Notes: generated by a model not told the origin, from the letters alone. Positions 21,542-31,758 are shown, counted from the stretch's first letter. The stretch: DNA of 64,000 nucleotides from Brevinematales bacterium (GCA_037479045.1 JBBFLL010000008.1:1944-65943), one strand, 5' to 3'. Numbers and translations: made by a program.

Positions 21542-22361
21542 TCTTAAAATTAATTTTTGCTATTTTTTTTAAATCTTTTTCTGGAATGGTATTTTTGAGT
21601 TCTTTATACCTTATTGTGGCTATTTCTCCTGTCCCTTTTGGGAGGTTTATATTTTGATTTTTAAACCATTCTATAAAATGAAATCTTGCGACGATGGAAG
21701 CGATAGCTACAGAACTGAATCTTTCGCCTTTATGATACATTTCAAAGGGTTTGTCTATACCTTCTTTGAGATATTTTATGTCTTCTACTGAAATAGAATA
21801 TTTATCAAGAATTATTTTTTCATAATCATTTTTATCAAAAGAAAGAATGAGTTTTTTGTATTCTTCTGTCATTATTTTGTTAATATTTTTGTGTTTTTCG
21901 TATAAATCATTATATTCCTCTGGTTCAATTATTCTTACTTTATAGATAATATTGTTTTTGATTTTATTAAAAAAAAGATTTATTTTTTCATCGGAAAGAT
22001 TCTTTGAATCGTCTATTTCATAATCGTTAATTTTGTCTGAATTTTTTATTATTGCTCCTGCAAGTACTAACGGTCCGAAGATATCACCTTTTCCTGATTC
22101 ATCAAGGCCTAAAATTTTTGGTTTCATTGATGGGGCGGATATAAGTTCTCTCAATTTATCAAAATATTTGTTTATAAGTGAAGAATCGCCCTGAAAAAGT
22201 AGAGTCTGATTTTCGTATAAGATTATTGTTATTCCATCTTTGCTTGCTCTGAAAAATGCATATTGATGATCTTTAAAATTAAATCCCTCTTTTGCAAGAA
22301 AATTTTTTATAATTTCATTTTCTATTGTTTCAACTTTTATCTTTCTTGTTTCATTTTGCAT
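21531..22361 (-). CDS. rnhC: ribonuclease HIII
   Basis: Type 2 RNase H catalytic block LGLDESGKGDIFGPLVLAG preceded by an N-terminal extension of about 80 aa. SVAIASIVAR motif. Confidence 0.75.
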   Translation of the reverse strand: MQNETRKIKVETIENEIIKNFLAKEGFNFKDHQYAFFRASKDGITIILYENQTLLFQGDSSLINKYFDKLRELISAPSMKPKILGLDESGKGDIFGPLVLAGAIIKNSDKINDYEIDDSKNLSDEKINLFFNKIKNNIIYKVRIIEPEEYNDLYEKHKNINKIMTEEYKKLILSFDKNDYEKIILDKYSISVEDIKYLKEGIDKPFEMYHKGERFSSVAIASIVARFHFIEWFKNQNINLPKGTGEIATIRYKELKNTIPEKDLKKIAKINFKIKV

Positions 22362-22366
22362 TTTTT

Positions 22367-23503
22367 TTATACCGCTTGTTTCAGAATCTGGATAAGATCT
22401 TCTTTTTCAAGTTTTACGGGACTATTTTTGCAGGAAGTTTCTAATGCAATTTTTTCATAATCTTTTTCTGGAATTCCAAAATCTTTTAAATCTGGAAGTA
22501 TTATAAGATTTTTTAATTCATATAAATATGTTATTAAGTCTTTGTTTTCGTAAGAAAGTAGTTCGGTAATTTTTTTGTATTTTGAAAAATATATTGAATT
22601 TTTTTCGAGTTTTGAGATTGTTTTTTCAAGTGTTGGTAAAAGTAGTTTTGCACATACTATGCCATGGGGGATTTCATAATAACCACCAAGTACAGAAGCA
22701 AAGCCATGAACAGCTCCAAGTCCTGCATTTGTAAGCGTTATACCTGAAATATAAGCGGCAAAAGAAATATTATAGTAATCTTCTTTTGATGAATTTCCAC
22801 TAATAATTTTTATAAAAGACTTGCCAAATAGATTCAAGGCTTTTTCGCACAGGGCATCGGTGTAAATGTTCGAAGCAGTTGATAGATATGATTCTACAAG
22901 TTGAGTAAGGGCATCCATTCCAGAAGAATAACTTATCAAAAGTGGACAATTCATTATAAGTAGTGGATCAACAATAGCAATATCTGGCATAAAATTGTCA
23001 TGTCTTAATGATTTCTTAAATCCATTTGCTCCAATTTTAGAAATAACTGCGTTTTTTGTGGCTTCTGCTCCAGTTCCAGCCGTAGTAGGGATAGCAATGA
23101 AAGGGACTTTATAACCAGGGTGCTTTTTGTTTCCTACTCCTTCAAGATAGTTTAAAATACTTTCTCTTAATGGAAGCATTGCTGATATAGCTTTTCCAAG
23201 GTCTATAGGACTTCCTCCTCCTATAGAAACAATGACATTTATGTTTTCCTTTGAAAATTCCTCAACTACCATATCGACGTTATCAACAGAAGGTTCTCCT
23301 GTATTGATATATTCAGAAATTTTAATTTTTTCTTTTTTTAATTCATTATGTAGTTTTTGATAAAAATCTGTATTTACAAAAGAGTTTGTTGTTATCAAAA
23401 GAATGTTTGTTCCAAAGTCTCTTAATAAAAAAGGAAGTTTGAAGAGACTTCCTTCACCAAAATAAAGTTTTGGATTAGTTTGAAAAGAAAAATTTACTTC
23501 CAT
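22367..23503 (-). CDS. iron-containing alcohol dehydrogenase
   Basis: Fe-ADH pattern (GGGSPIDLGKA, PFIAIPTTAGTGAE, HG..CA). Start trimmed to MEVNFSF; the listed upstream 28 aa overlap the preceding gene. Confidence 0.85.
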   Translation of the reverse strand: MEVNFSFQTNPKLYFGEGSLFKLPFLLRDFGTNILLITTNSFVNTDFYQKLHNELKKEKIKISEYINTGEPSVDNVDMVVEEFSKENINVIVSIGGGSPIDLGKAISAMLPLRESILNYLEGVGNKKHPGYKVPFIAIPTTAGTGAEATKNAVISKIGANGFKKSLRHDNFMPDIAIVDPLLIMNCPLLISYSSGMDALTQLVESYLSTASNIYTDALCEKALNLFGKSFIKIISGNSSKEDYYNISFAAYISGITLTNAGLGAVHGFASVLGGYYEIPHGIVCAKLLLPTLEKTISKLEKNSIYFSKYKKITELLSYENKDLITYLYELKNLIILPDLKDFGIPEKDYEKIALETSCKNSPVKLEKEDLIQILKQAV

Positions 23504-23805
23504 TGTGATATATCCTCTGGAGCTATTACTGTATGTGCTATTCCCTCTCTTGGTCTTGCCATAAAATTTTCTACCGTTTCTTTCCATTTTTTGTAGTGGG
23601 AAGTTTCTTTATGTGCCTTTGCAGCCTCTTCTGACTCATAAGCCTCATAGAGTGTGAATTTGAGAGGGTCATTTTTATCCTGCAAAAAGTCGAAGCGAAG
23701 GTTTCCTTTCTCAAGTATAGAATTTTTGTGATTTTCTATTGTTGCTTTGATGAATTCTTCTCTATATTCTGGTTTAACCCATACATTTACAATTGTTACT
23801 ATCAT
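23494..23805 (-). CDS. ABM-domain (antibiotic biosynthesis monooxygenase-like) protein
   Basis: 103-aa ferredoxin-like ABM pattern: VWVKPEYREEF..., FTLYEAYESEEAAKAHKETSHY. Confidence 0.75.
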   Translation of the reverse strand: MIVTIVNVWVKPEYREEFIKATIENHKNSILEKGNLRFDFLQDKNDPLKFTLYEAYESEEAAKAHKETSHYKKWKETVENFMARPREGIAHTVIAPEDISQWK

Positions 23806-23814
23806 AAGGGCCTC

Positions 23815-24189
23815 TTAAATTGCTTCTTTGTGAAATTCGTTGTAGAATTGCCAGCATAATTCAAGTTTTTCTTTGAAGATATTAAAACATGCTGGTGGAG
23901 AACCCTGTTCTGTATAAAAATTTTTTATTCTGTCAAGGAGCGAATTTTTGTATTCTTCTGGAGTTTTGTAGTTTGAAAGTTCTATTTTTTCAATTTCCTT
24001 AACCGTTTCATGAATATGGTAAGATTCTCTTTCTATTAATGCAAGATTTTCTTTTCTTAAAATTGTAAATGTTTCTTTCGGATTTTCTGCCAGGTCTTTA
24101 TATTCTTTCACTTTTTCTTTTAAATACTTATCTAATAATCTCATTCCAAATAAGACAATTCCGTGAAAAATTTTAACTTCATTTTGCAT
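23815..24189 (-). CDS. hypothetical protein
   Basis: 124-aa helical ORF in the same-strand gene string. No family recognised. Confidence 0.4.
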   Translation of the reverse strand: MQNEVKIFHGIVLFGMRLLDKYLKEKVKEYKDLAENPKETFTILRKENLALIERESYHIHETVKEIEKIELSNYKTPEEYKNSLLDRIKNFYTEQGSPPACFNIFKEKLELCWQFYNEFHKEAI

Positions 24190-24235
24190 TTTTCCCTCCT
24201 TCTCTCAAGAGAATAAATTATACCATACCTTAATC

Positions 24236-25390
24236 TTAGTTGCAATGAGTTGATAAAATTTTTATTACTTCATCAAAGGAGAGGCCTTTTTCCTTGCAGA
24301 TTTTTTTTATATCTTCGTATTCAAATTTTTGTTTTATTAGTTTGCCTTTGTAATATCCTTTTTTTACCCTTATTTTTCCAAGCGGTGTGTCCACTTGTTC
24401 TATTTTACGTTCGAGCATTTTTTTTAAAACGTTTGTTTTTCTTAAGCCAAATGTAGTGGTTTCTTCAAAGAATATTTCTTCAATTTTTAATTCATTTTCT
24501 TTTTTGCATAAGACAGAAAGTAAAAAGGCGGGTCTACTTTTTTTCATAATAATTGGAGTAAAAAATACGTCGAGAGCTCCATTTTCAAAGAGTTTATCCA
24601 TTATATATTCCATTTTTTCTGGTGTTGTGTCATCAATGTTAACTTCTATAAGGCTTTCTTCTTCAGAGAGTTCTCCGTCAAGCTCACCAATAAAAACTCT
24701 CAAAACATTTGGGATTTCAGCTTCTCTTTCACCAGCTCCATATCCTATTTTGTTGATTTTCAACTTTTCTGGGAATTTGAATTCATCAACGAAGGTTTTT
24801 ATTATAGCTGCTCCAGTTGGAGTTGTAGCTTCTCCGCTTACTTTTTGAGTTAATGGAATATCTTTTAAAATTTCGGCTGTTGCAGGGGCTGGAACTGGGA
24901 AGATTCCATGTTCTATTTTTATTGTTCCACTTCCGACTTCTATATTTGAAGAAAAAATCTTATCAACTTTGAGTCTTTCAATAAGAAAAACTCCACCAAC
25001 TACATCAATTATTGTATCGACTGCTCCTATTTCATGAAAGTGAACTCTTTCAATAGGAATATCGTGAACCTTTGCTTCTGCCGTTGCTATTGTATTAAGA
25101 ATTTTAAGACTCTTTTTTTTAACAAAATCAGATAGATTTGAACTTTGAATCAAATTTTCTATATCATGTAAGTGTCTGTAATCTTTTGGCTTATTTTTTT
25201 CTATGACTATCAGTTTTTTTGAATTTATGCCTTTTTTATTAACGTTTTTGAATTCTATTTCTACTTCACCAGAAAATATATTGTGAATAAGCTCTTTTAT
25301 TTCTTCATCACTGCCGTATAAATCAACTAAAGCCGAAAGATGCATATCTCCACTGATACCTGCAAAACAATCATAATATAAGACTTTCAT
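24236..25390 (-). CDS. larC: LarC family nickel-insertion protein (UPF0272)
   Basis: N-terminal YYDCFAGISGDMHLSALVDL and HFHEIGAVDTIIDVVG motifs. Confidence 0.85.
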   Translation of the reverse strand: MKVLYYDCFAGISGDMHLSALVDLYGSDEEIKELIHNIFSGEVEIEFKNVNKKGINSKKLIVIEKNKPKDYRHLHDIENLIQSSNLSDFVKKKSLKILNTIATAEAKVHDIPIERVHFHEIGAVDTIIDVVGGVFLIERLKVDKIFSSNIEVGSGTIKIEHGIFPVPAPATAEILKDIPLTQKVSGEATTPTGAAIIKTFVDEFKFPEKLKINKIGYGAGEREAEIPNVLRVFIGELDGELSEEESLIEVNIDDTTPEKMEYIMDKLFENGALDVFFTPIIMKKSRPAFLLSVLCKKENELKIEEIFFEETTTFGLRKTNVLKKMLERKIEQVDTPLGKIRVKKGYYKGKLIKQKFEYEDIKKICKEKGLSFDEVIKILSTHCN

Positions 25391-25392
25391 AT

Positions 25393-26547
25393 TTATAATC
25401 TGCTTAAAAAATCTTTATATCCAAATTTTTTCCATAGTTTTAACTTGCCAGTTTCTGAATTCATAATATAAATAGATGGCAAATTTATCCCATTGAATGT
25501 ATTTGTTTTTACCATTGAATATATAGCCATATCGGTGAAAATTAATCTATCACCAACTTCAAGAGGTTTGTCAAAAGAATAATCTCCAATAATATCTCCT
25601 GCAAGACAGGATACTCCACCAAATCTATAGGTATATTTTTTTTCATTTGGCATTCCACTTCCTATTACAAAAGGTCTATAAGGCATTTCAAGAACGTCTG
25701 GCATATGAGCTGCTGCTGAAGTGTCAAGAATGGCTATATTAATTTTATTTTTTATAATATCAAGGACAGTTGAAACTAAATATCCGGCATTAAGAGCGAC
25801 AGCTTCTCCCGGCTCAAGATAGACTTCTACCTTCCATTTTTTCTTGAACTCATTGATTGTTTCGCAAAGTAAGTTAATATCATATCCTTCCCTTGTGATG
25901 TGGTGTCCGCCACCAAAGTTTATATACTCCATTTTTGGAATGAATTCGCCAAATTTTTCTTCAAATGTCTTCACTGTTCTATAAAGTGGTAATGCATCCT
26001 GCTGACAAAGAGTGTGAAAATGTAGATAAGAAATACCATCAAGTTCATAAGGATTGAATTCTTCTCTTACAATACCAAGCCTTGAATATGGAGCACAGGG
26101 ATCATAAATCTCAACTGTTCCCTCTGAATGCTCTGGATTGACCCTTAAGCCGTATTTTATATTCCTTTTTGCATATTTGGTAAGAGGTTTTAATCTCTTC
26201 CACAGAGAGAAAGAATTAAAATCTATATGATCTGCATATTTTATAAGATTTAAAAAATCCTCTTCACTGTAAGCAGCACCATAGACGTGTACTTCTTTGC
26301 CGAATTTTTCTCTGCCAAGTCTTGCTTCATTTACAGAACTTGCACATACACCATCGAGTTCTTTATTAATTATTGGAAAAACGGCATAATTTGAAAAAGC
26401 CTTAAGAGCAAGTAATATCTTACAACCTGTTCTTTCTTTAACTTTCTTCAGAATAGAAAGATTGTATTTAAGTTTTGCCTCGTCAATCAAAAAACATGGA
26501 GTTTTGAGCTTTTCAATATCTATATTTAAAATGTCGTTTCGTGCCAT
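25393..26547 (-). CDS. nspC: carboxynorspermidine/carboxyspermidine decarboxylase
   Basis: PLP fold-III decarboxylase pattern (TPCFLIDE, ALKAFSN, NFGGGH, C-terminal beta domain). Adjacent to the dehydrogenase partner. Confidence 0.85.
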   Translation of the reverse strand: MARNDILNIDIEKLKTPCFLIDEAKLKYNLSILKKVKERTGCKILLALKAFSNYAVFPIINKELDGVCASSVNEARLGREKFGKEVHVYGAAYSEEDFLNLIKYADHIDFNSFSLWKRLKPLTKYAKRNIKYGLRVNPEHSEGTVEIYDPCAPYSRLGIVREEFNPYELDGISYLHFHTLCQQDALPLYRTVKTFEEKFGEFIPKMEYINFGGGHHITREGYDINLLCETINEFKKKWKVEVYLEPGEAVALNAGYLVSTVLDIIKNKINIAILDTSAAAHMPDVLEMPYRPFVIGSGMPNEKKYTYRFGGVSCLAGDIIGDYSFDKPLEVGDRLIFTDMAIYSMVKTNTFNGINLPSIYIMNSETGKLKLWKKFGYKDFLSRL

Positions 26548-27716
26548 GGTAATCCATAAATATTCAATTTTTCCATAAATGGATCTGGGTCAAATTGTTC
26601 CATATTGAATACACCAGCCCCTTTCCATACCCCTGTGACTATAAGCAATGCTCCAATCATAGCTGGTACTCCAGTAGTATATGGAACTGCATGGACGCCA
26701 GTTTCAAGATAGTTCTCATGGTGATCACAAACATTATAGATGAATTTTTTAAGAGGCTTGCCATCTTTATCAAGTCCCTCTATTTGAACACCAATACATG
26801 TTTTACCAGTATAGTTTTCTCCAAGAGAAGCAGGGTCGGGTAAAAGATGTTTCAAAAATTCCACTGGAACAATTTTCATTCCTTTGTAGTCTATTGGTTC
26901 TGTAGAGTGAAGTCCTAAATTTACTATTACTCGCAAATGATTAAGATAATTTTCAGAAAATGTCATCCAGAATCTTATTCTTTCTATTTCTGGAAAATGT
27001 TTGACTAAAGATTCAAGTTCTTCATGATAAAGGACATAACTTTCTCTATCTCCTACCTCTGGATAAAAAATTGGCTTATGGATTGATAGAGGTTCTATTT
27101 CAACCCACTTGCCGTTTTCATAATATCTGCCTTTCTGTGTTATTTCCCTGATATTTATCTCAGGATTAAAATTTGTGGCAAAAGCCTTTCCATGATTTCC
27201 AGCATTACAGTCAACTATATCAACATATTTCATCTTAGAGAAATAGTGCTTTTTCATATAAGCAATAAAGACATTTGTAACACCGGGGTCAAAACCACTT
27301 CCAAGTAATGCCATAATTCCAGCTTCTTTAAATCTGTCATGATATGCCCATTGCCATTTGTATTCAAACTTTGCAACCTCTCTTGGTTCATAGTTTGCTG
27401 TATCAAGGTAGTGAACTCCTGTTTCAAGACAGGCATCCATTATTGGAAGGTCTTGGTATGGTAAAGCAACGTTTATAACTATGTCTGGTTTAAACTCTTT
27501 TATAAGAGCAACCATTTCTTTAACATTATCAGCATCTACTTTGGCAGTTTGTATATCTCTATTGTATTTTTCTTTTATTCTTTTAGCAATTTTATCACAC
27601 TTTTCTTTTGTTCTGCTTGCAAGCATTATGTCCGTAAAAACCTCTTTAACCTGTGCACATTTATGAGCAACAACTTGCCCAACTCCACCAGCCCCTACTA
27701 TTAAAACTCTTGCCAT
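26526..27716 (-). CDS. carboxynorspermidine synthase (saccharopine dehydrogenase family)
   Basis: Rossmann N-terminus RVLIVGAGGVGQ, 396 aa, conserved pairing with nspC. Confidence 0.85.
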   Translation of the reverse strand: MARVLIVGAGGVGQVVAHKCAQVKEVFTDIMLASRTKEKCDKIAKRIKEKYNRDIQTAKVDADNVKEMVALIKEFKPDIVINVALPYQDLPIMDACLETGVHYLDTANYEPREVAKFEYKWQWAYHDRFKEAGIMALLGSGFDPGVTNVFIAYMKKHYFSKMKYVDIVDCNAGNHGKAFATNFNPEINIREITQKGRYYENGKWVEIEPLSIHKPIFYPEVGDRESYVLYHEELESLVKHFPEIERIRFWMTFSENYLNHLRVIVNLGLHSTEPIDYKGMKIVPVEFLKHLLPDPASLGENYTGKTCIGVQIEGLDKDGKPLKKFIYNVCDHHENYLETGVHAVPYTTGVPAMIGALLIVTGVWKGAGVFNMEQFDPDPFMEKLNIYGLPWHETTF

Positions 27717-27750
27717 TTTTACCCTCCCTATCTTTTATAAAAATAAAGAC

Positions 27751-29670
27751 TTATCTTTCATAATAAGTATAGCCAGCAAGACCTTCTTCAAAAGCCTTAA
27801 GAATCTTAACTCTTTCTTCAACAGAAATCTTTCCTTTTTGCACTGCCTTTTCTGCATACTCTCTTAGTCTTGCTTTCATAAGTTTTATATCATATTCTAC
27901 ATAACTTAAAACATCTGCGACAGAATCACCCTGAAGTTCATCTACAAAATAATATTCTCCATCTTCATCTACCCTTATTGTGACAACATTTGTATCTCCA
28001 AGAAGATTGTGAAGATCTCCCAAAGTTTCCTGATATGCACCAACAAGAAATACACCTATGTAGTATTCTTCGTCTTTAACAAGCTCATGAAGAGGAAGAG
28101 TATATTTTACCTCATGCTGATCTATAAATCTATCAATTTTTCCATCACAATCACAGGTTATATCAGCAATGATAGCTTTTCTTGTAGGTTCCTCTCCAAG
28201 CCTGTGAATGGGCATTATTGGGAACAAATGATCAATTGCCCATGTATCAGGCAAGGACTGAAAAACACTGAAATTTCCATAGTAAATATCTGATAAGGCG
28301 ACTTCAATACCTTCAAATTCACTTGGTTTATTTTTCATATTCTTTATGTTTCTTGAAATATTATATACTATTTGCCAGAATATATTATCAGCAAGAGCCC
28401 TTTCTCTTAAACTTACCTCTCCATGTTTGAAAAGCTCTCTTATCTGATCTCTATAATAAATAGCATCATTGATGCTTTCCTGCATATTTTTGAGATTGAG
28501 TTTTTGTAAAGTTTCATAAAGATTTTTTGTCATTTCATGAGCATTTTCAGGAACATTCTCTGGAAGCTCAGTAATTTCAAACTTACTTACATCAAGTATG
28601 TTGAAAAGCAAAATGGAGTAATAAGCTACTATAGCCCTTCCTGATTCTGTAATAATTGTAGGATGAGGTACTGAATTTTCATCGAGTGCGGACATTACAC
28701 TTTCTATAATATCTGAACAATATTCATCAAGGGTATAGTTTCTGCTTGTAAAATAGTTTGTTTGTGAGCCATCATAATCAACTGCGAGACCACCACCAAG
28801 ATCAAGGTAGCCCATTTGTGCCCCTTCAGCCACAAGACCAGAATATACTCTTGAAGCCTCAAGGACAGCAGATCTTATGTCCCTTATGTTAGGTACCTGC
28901 GAACCGATATGGTAATGAAGAAGTTTCAAGCAATCAAGCATCTTTTTTTGTTTCAGTTTATCAACAAGATTAACCAACTCTGAGTAATTAAGCCCAAAAA
29001 TACTTCTATCTCCACCTGACTCTGTCCAATGACCACTTGCTTTTGTAGAAAGTTTTATTCTTACACCAATGTTTGGTTTTACACCAAGTGCTTTTGATCT
29101 TTCTATTATGAGATCAAGTTCGCCCGGCATCTCAACAACTATAAAGCAATTATATCCCATCTTTGTAGCATATAAAGCTATATCGATAAACTCTTCATCT
29201 TTGTAGCCATTGCAAACAAGACAGGCTTCTGGGTCTTTGAGAAATGAAATAGCGGCAATTAGTTCAGCTTTACTTCCTGCTTCAAGTCCATGATGATATT
29301 TTTCTCCAAAACTTGTTATTTCTTGAACTACATGTCTTTGTTGGTTTACCTTTATTGGATAAACACCTCTATATGTTCCTTTATAGTTAAAATTTTTGAT
29401 AGCCTTCTGAAAACTCTCATGAAGTATTTTTATTTGAGAATCAAGAATGTTACTTATTCTTAAGAGAACTGGCATTCCAAGTCCTCTTGCTTTAATTCCT
29501 TTAACGACATCCATAAGGCTTATAGGCTTGGCTTTGTTTTCTGGTGTAAATACGACCTCTCCCTTTGTTGAAATGTCAAAATATCCTGCCCCCCAGCTTT
29601 TTATGCCATAAAGTTCAGCAGATTTGTCAATAGTCCATCTTTCAAGGGACTCTTGTTTACCATTGTTCAT
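27751..29670 (-). CDS. speA: biosynthetic arginine decarboxylase
   Basis: YPIKVNQQ PLP-lysine block, GGGLAVDYDG, about 640 aa. Start set to MNNGKQ (GAGGGA RBS) because the listed upstream Met lies inside the promoter. Confidence 0.9.
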   Translation of the reverse strand: MNNGKQESLERWTIDKSAELYGIKSWGAGYFDISTKGEVVFTPENKAKPISLMDVVKGIKARGLGMPVLLRISNILDSQIKILHESFQKAIKNFNYKGTYRGVYPIKVNQQRHVVQEITSFGEKYHHGLEAGSKAELIAAISFLKDPEACLVCNGYKDEEFIDIALYATKMGYNCFIVVEMPGELDLIIERSKALGVKPNIGVRIKLSTKASGHWTESGGDRSIFGLNYSELVNLVDKLKQKKMLDCLKLLHYHIGSQVPNIRDIRSAVLEASRVYSGLVAEGAQMGYLDLGGGLAVDYDGSQTNYFTSRNYTLDEYCSDIIESVMSALDENSVPHPTIITESGRAIVAYYSILLFNILDVSKFEITELPENVPENAHEMTKNLYETLQKLNLKNMQESINDAIYYRDQIRELFKHGEVSLRERALADNIFWQIVYNISRNIKNMKNKPSEFEGIEVALSDIYYGNFSVFQSLPDTWAIDHLFPIMPIHRLGEEPTRKAIIADITCDCDGKIDRFIDQHEVKYTLPLHELVKDEEYYIGVFLVGAYQETLGDLHNLLGDTNVVTIRVDEDGEYYFVDELQGDSVADVLSYVEYDIKLMKARLREYAEKAVQKGKISVEERVKILKAFEEGLAGYTYYER

Positions 29671-29704
29671 CTTTTTCCCTCTACCAAAGAAAAATATACA
29701 TTTT

Positions 29705-29733
29705 ATTTTAAGACAATAATCTAAATTTCTCAA
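29705..29733 (-). promoter_or_regulatory. sigma70-type promoter for the speA operon
   Basis: The minus strand reads TTGAGA, 17 nt, TAAAAT, about 35 nt upstream of the corrected speA ATG. Confidence 0.5.
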
Positions 29734-29801
29734 TAAAAAATGGTAAAAAAGTTGGAAGGGGGGAATTTCAAACTTTTGACTTTATAACTTTATAACTGCT
29801 A

Positions 29802-31758
29802 CTCATAATCCCTTATTCAGGTCATTCCTTTCTTACAATAAGTAACTATCCGTACAACTACTTTAGCAACATAAGTCGTAATCCCTTATTCAGGTCATTC
29901 CTTTCTTACAATATATATCTTAATGCTGTTTTTTTACAAGAGATAGGTCGTAATCCCTTATTCAGGTCATTCCTTTCTTACTAGAATAAATTATCATCGC
30001 TGTTGTATTCGCTTATATAAAGTCGTAATCCCTTATTCAGGTCATTCCTTTCTTACATTCTGAAAAAAGAGTTATTAATTTAAATAATACTAATAGTCGT
30101 AATCCCTTATTCAGGTCATTCCTTTCTTACAATTAGACCAGAAGACATTTTAATTTTACCAAGAGGGTCGTAATCCCTTATTCAGGTCATTCCTTTCTTA
30201 CAAGGATACTATAAGAATGCTATTACCAGAAAAATATAATTAGTCGTAATCCCTTATTCAGGTCATTCCTTTCTTACAAAAAATAACTAAGGAGAGAACA
30301 TATTGGCGGTTTTTATTGTCGTAATCCCTTATTCAGGTCATTCCTTTCTTACATTATAACAGAAATAATAATTATAACAGAAATAATTACAACGTCGTAA
30401 TCCCTTATTCAGGTCATTCCTTTCTTACAAAAGTTACAAGATGCAAGAAGAGAGCTTTCAGAAAGGCGTCGTAATCCCTTATTCAGGTCATTCCTTTCTT
30501 ACTTTTGTGGACGAATATGGAAAATATTTAAGTAGAAACCAAGTCGTAATCCCTTATTCAGGTCATTCCTTTCTTACTCTTCCTTGACGGTGAAGTATTT
30601 TTATCGAAAGATGTGTCGTAATCCCTTATTCAGGTCATTCCTTTCTTACAAAAACACGCAGGGAGTTTTACTCCCTGCTTTTTTATGTCGTAATCCCTTA
30701 TTCAGGTCATTCCTTTCTTACCGGCGACACCTTCTCATTTACGATGCGAGAGGCGAAAGTCGTAATCCCTTATTCAGGTCATTCCTTTCTTACAAATATT
30801 ATATCAAATATGATTGGTGTTAAATTAGAAATGAGTCGTAATCCCTTATTCAGGTCATTCCTTTCTTACGGGGAGATATTCTTATCAAAATACCCCGTTA
30901 GGGGGTATTGTCGTAATCCCTTATTCAGGTCATTCCTTTCTTACTTCAGCTTCTCGATGAGGGAAGCGAAAGCAGTGACATGCTTGTCGTAATCCCTTAT
31001 TCAGGTCATTCCTTTCTTACGGAAAAGTATGTTGGATCAATTTGACCACAAAAAGAGTTGTGTCGTAATCCCTTATTCAGGTCATTCCTTTCTTACAAAA
31101 AGTGAAATAGTTATTATAAGATATGCTTGTGGACAGTCGTAATCCCTTATTCAGGTCATTCCTTTCTTACAAGAACACAACAGCATAATTATAACAGAAA
31201 TAATAATGTCGTAATCCCTTATTCAGGTCATTCCTTTCTTACTAGATACAAAGTTTCATTTTACTAAAATAAAATTTACTATGTCGTAATCCCTTATTCA
31301 GGTCATTCCTTTCTTACTAAAATTATCAAGGGTGGATATGAAAGTCTTATAAGGGTCGTAATCCCTTATTCAGGTCATTCCTTTCTTACTATCGCGCAGC
31401 AGACACTATATATCGAAGCGCTGAACAGTCGTAATCCCTTATTCAGGTCATTCCTTTCTTACCGACCATAGCGGCTGGCTCTATGTAAAAGAGCCTCACA
31501 AGCAGTCGTAATCCCTTATTCAGGTCATTCCTTTCTTACGGGATGAGCGCAATGGGATATTGCCCGTTGCAAAATTATGTCGTAATCCCTTATTCAGGTC
31601 ATTCCTTTCTTACAAATTTCTTTTGGTAAGAAGTTATGGAGCGAAAAAAGTCGTAATCCCTTATTCAGGTCATTCCTTTCTTACGGAGGAAAATATGGAA
31701 ACAAATTTAAAAGAAATGGCAAAGTCGTAATCCCTTATTCAGGTCATTCCTTTCTTAC
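29802..31758 (-). CRISPR. CRISPR array, 27 repeats of 35 nt and 26 spacers of 36-42 nt
   Basis: Plus-strand repeat is GTCGTAATCCCTTATTCAGGTCATTCCTTTCTTAC. 26 copies are identical. The copy at 29802-29836 has 2 mismatches (CTCAT...), marking the trailer end. The leader and cas2 lie at the 31.76 kb end, so transcription is inferred on the minus strand (repeat GTAAGAAAGGAATGACCTGAATAAGGGATTACGAC). Confidence 0.97.

Noticed and set aside
29740-29801. An A/T-rich hairpin (AAAAGTT...AACTTTT) and the short tandem CTTTATAACTTTATAACT just past the trailer repeat, considered as an array terminator.
   Set aside because: The stem is only 7 bp with a 17-nt loop and the repeat is only two short units. That is not enough to call a terminator or a further degenerate repeat.
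30722-30985. Similarity between spacers 30722-30758 and 30945-30985 (CTTCTC...GATGCGAGAGGCGAAA versus CTTCTCGATGAGGGAAGCGAAAG). Both can be read as MREAK.
   Set aside because: Only about 19 matching positions, with a 6-nt gap. That is too short to distinguish related protospacers from chance without database hits.
30584-30992. Listed ORFs 30584..30823 and 30744..30992, which contain the repeating peptide RNPLFRSFLSY.
   Set aside because: They are translations of the CRISPR repeats themselves; the periodic peptide is the 35-nt repeat read in frame. They are not genes.
29802-31758. Possible self-targeting spacers against this window.
   Set aside because: I noticed no match to the other 62 kb while reading, but an exhaustive comparison cannot be done by eye. 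This needs a computed search against the full genome.
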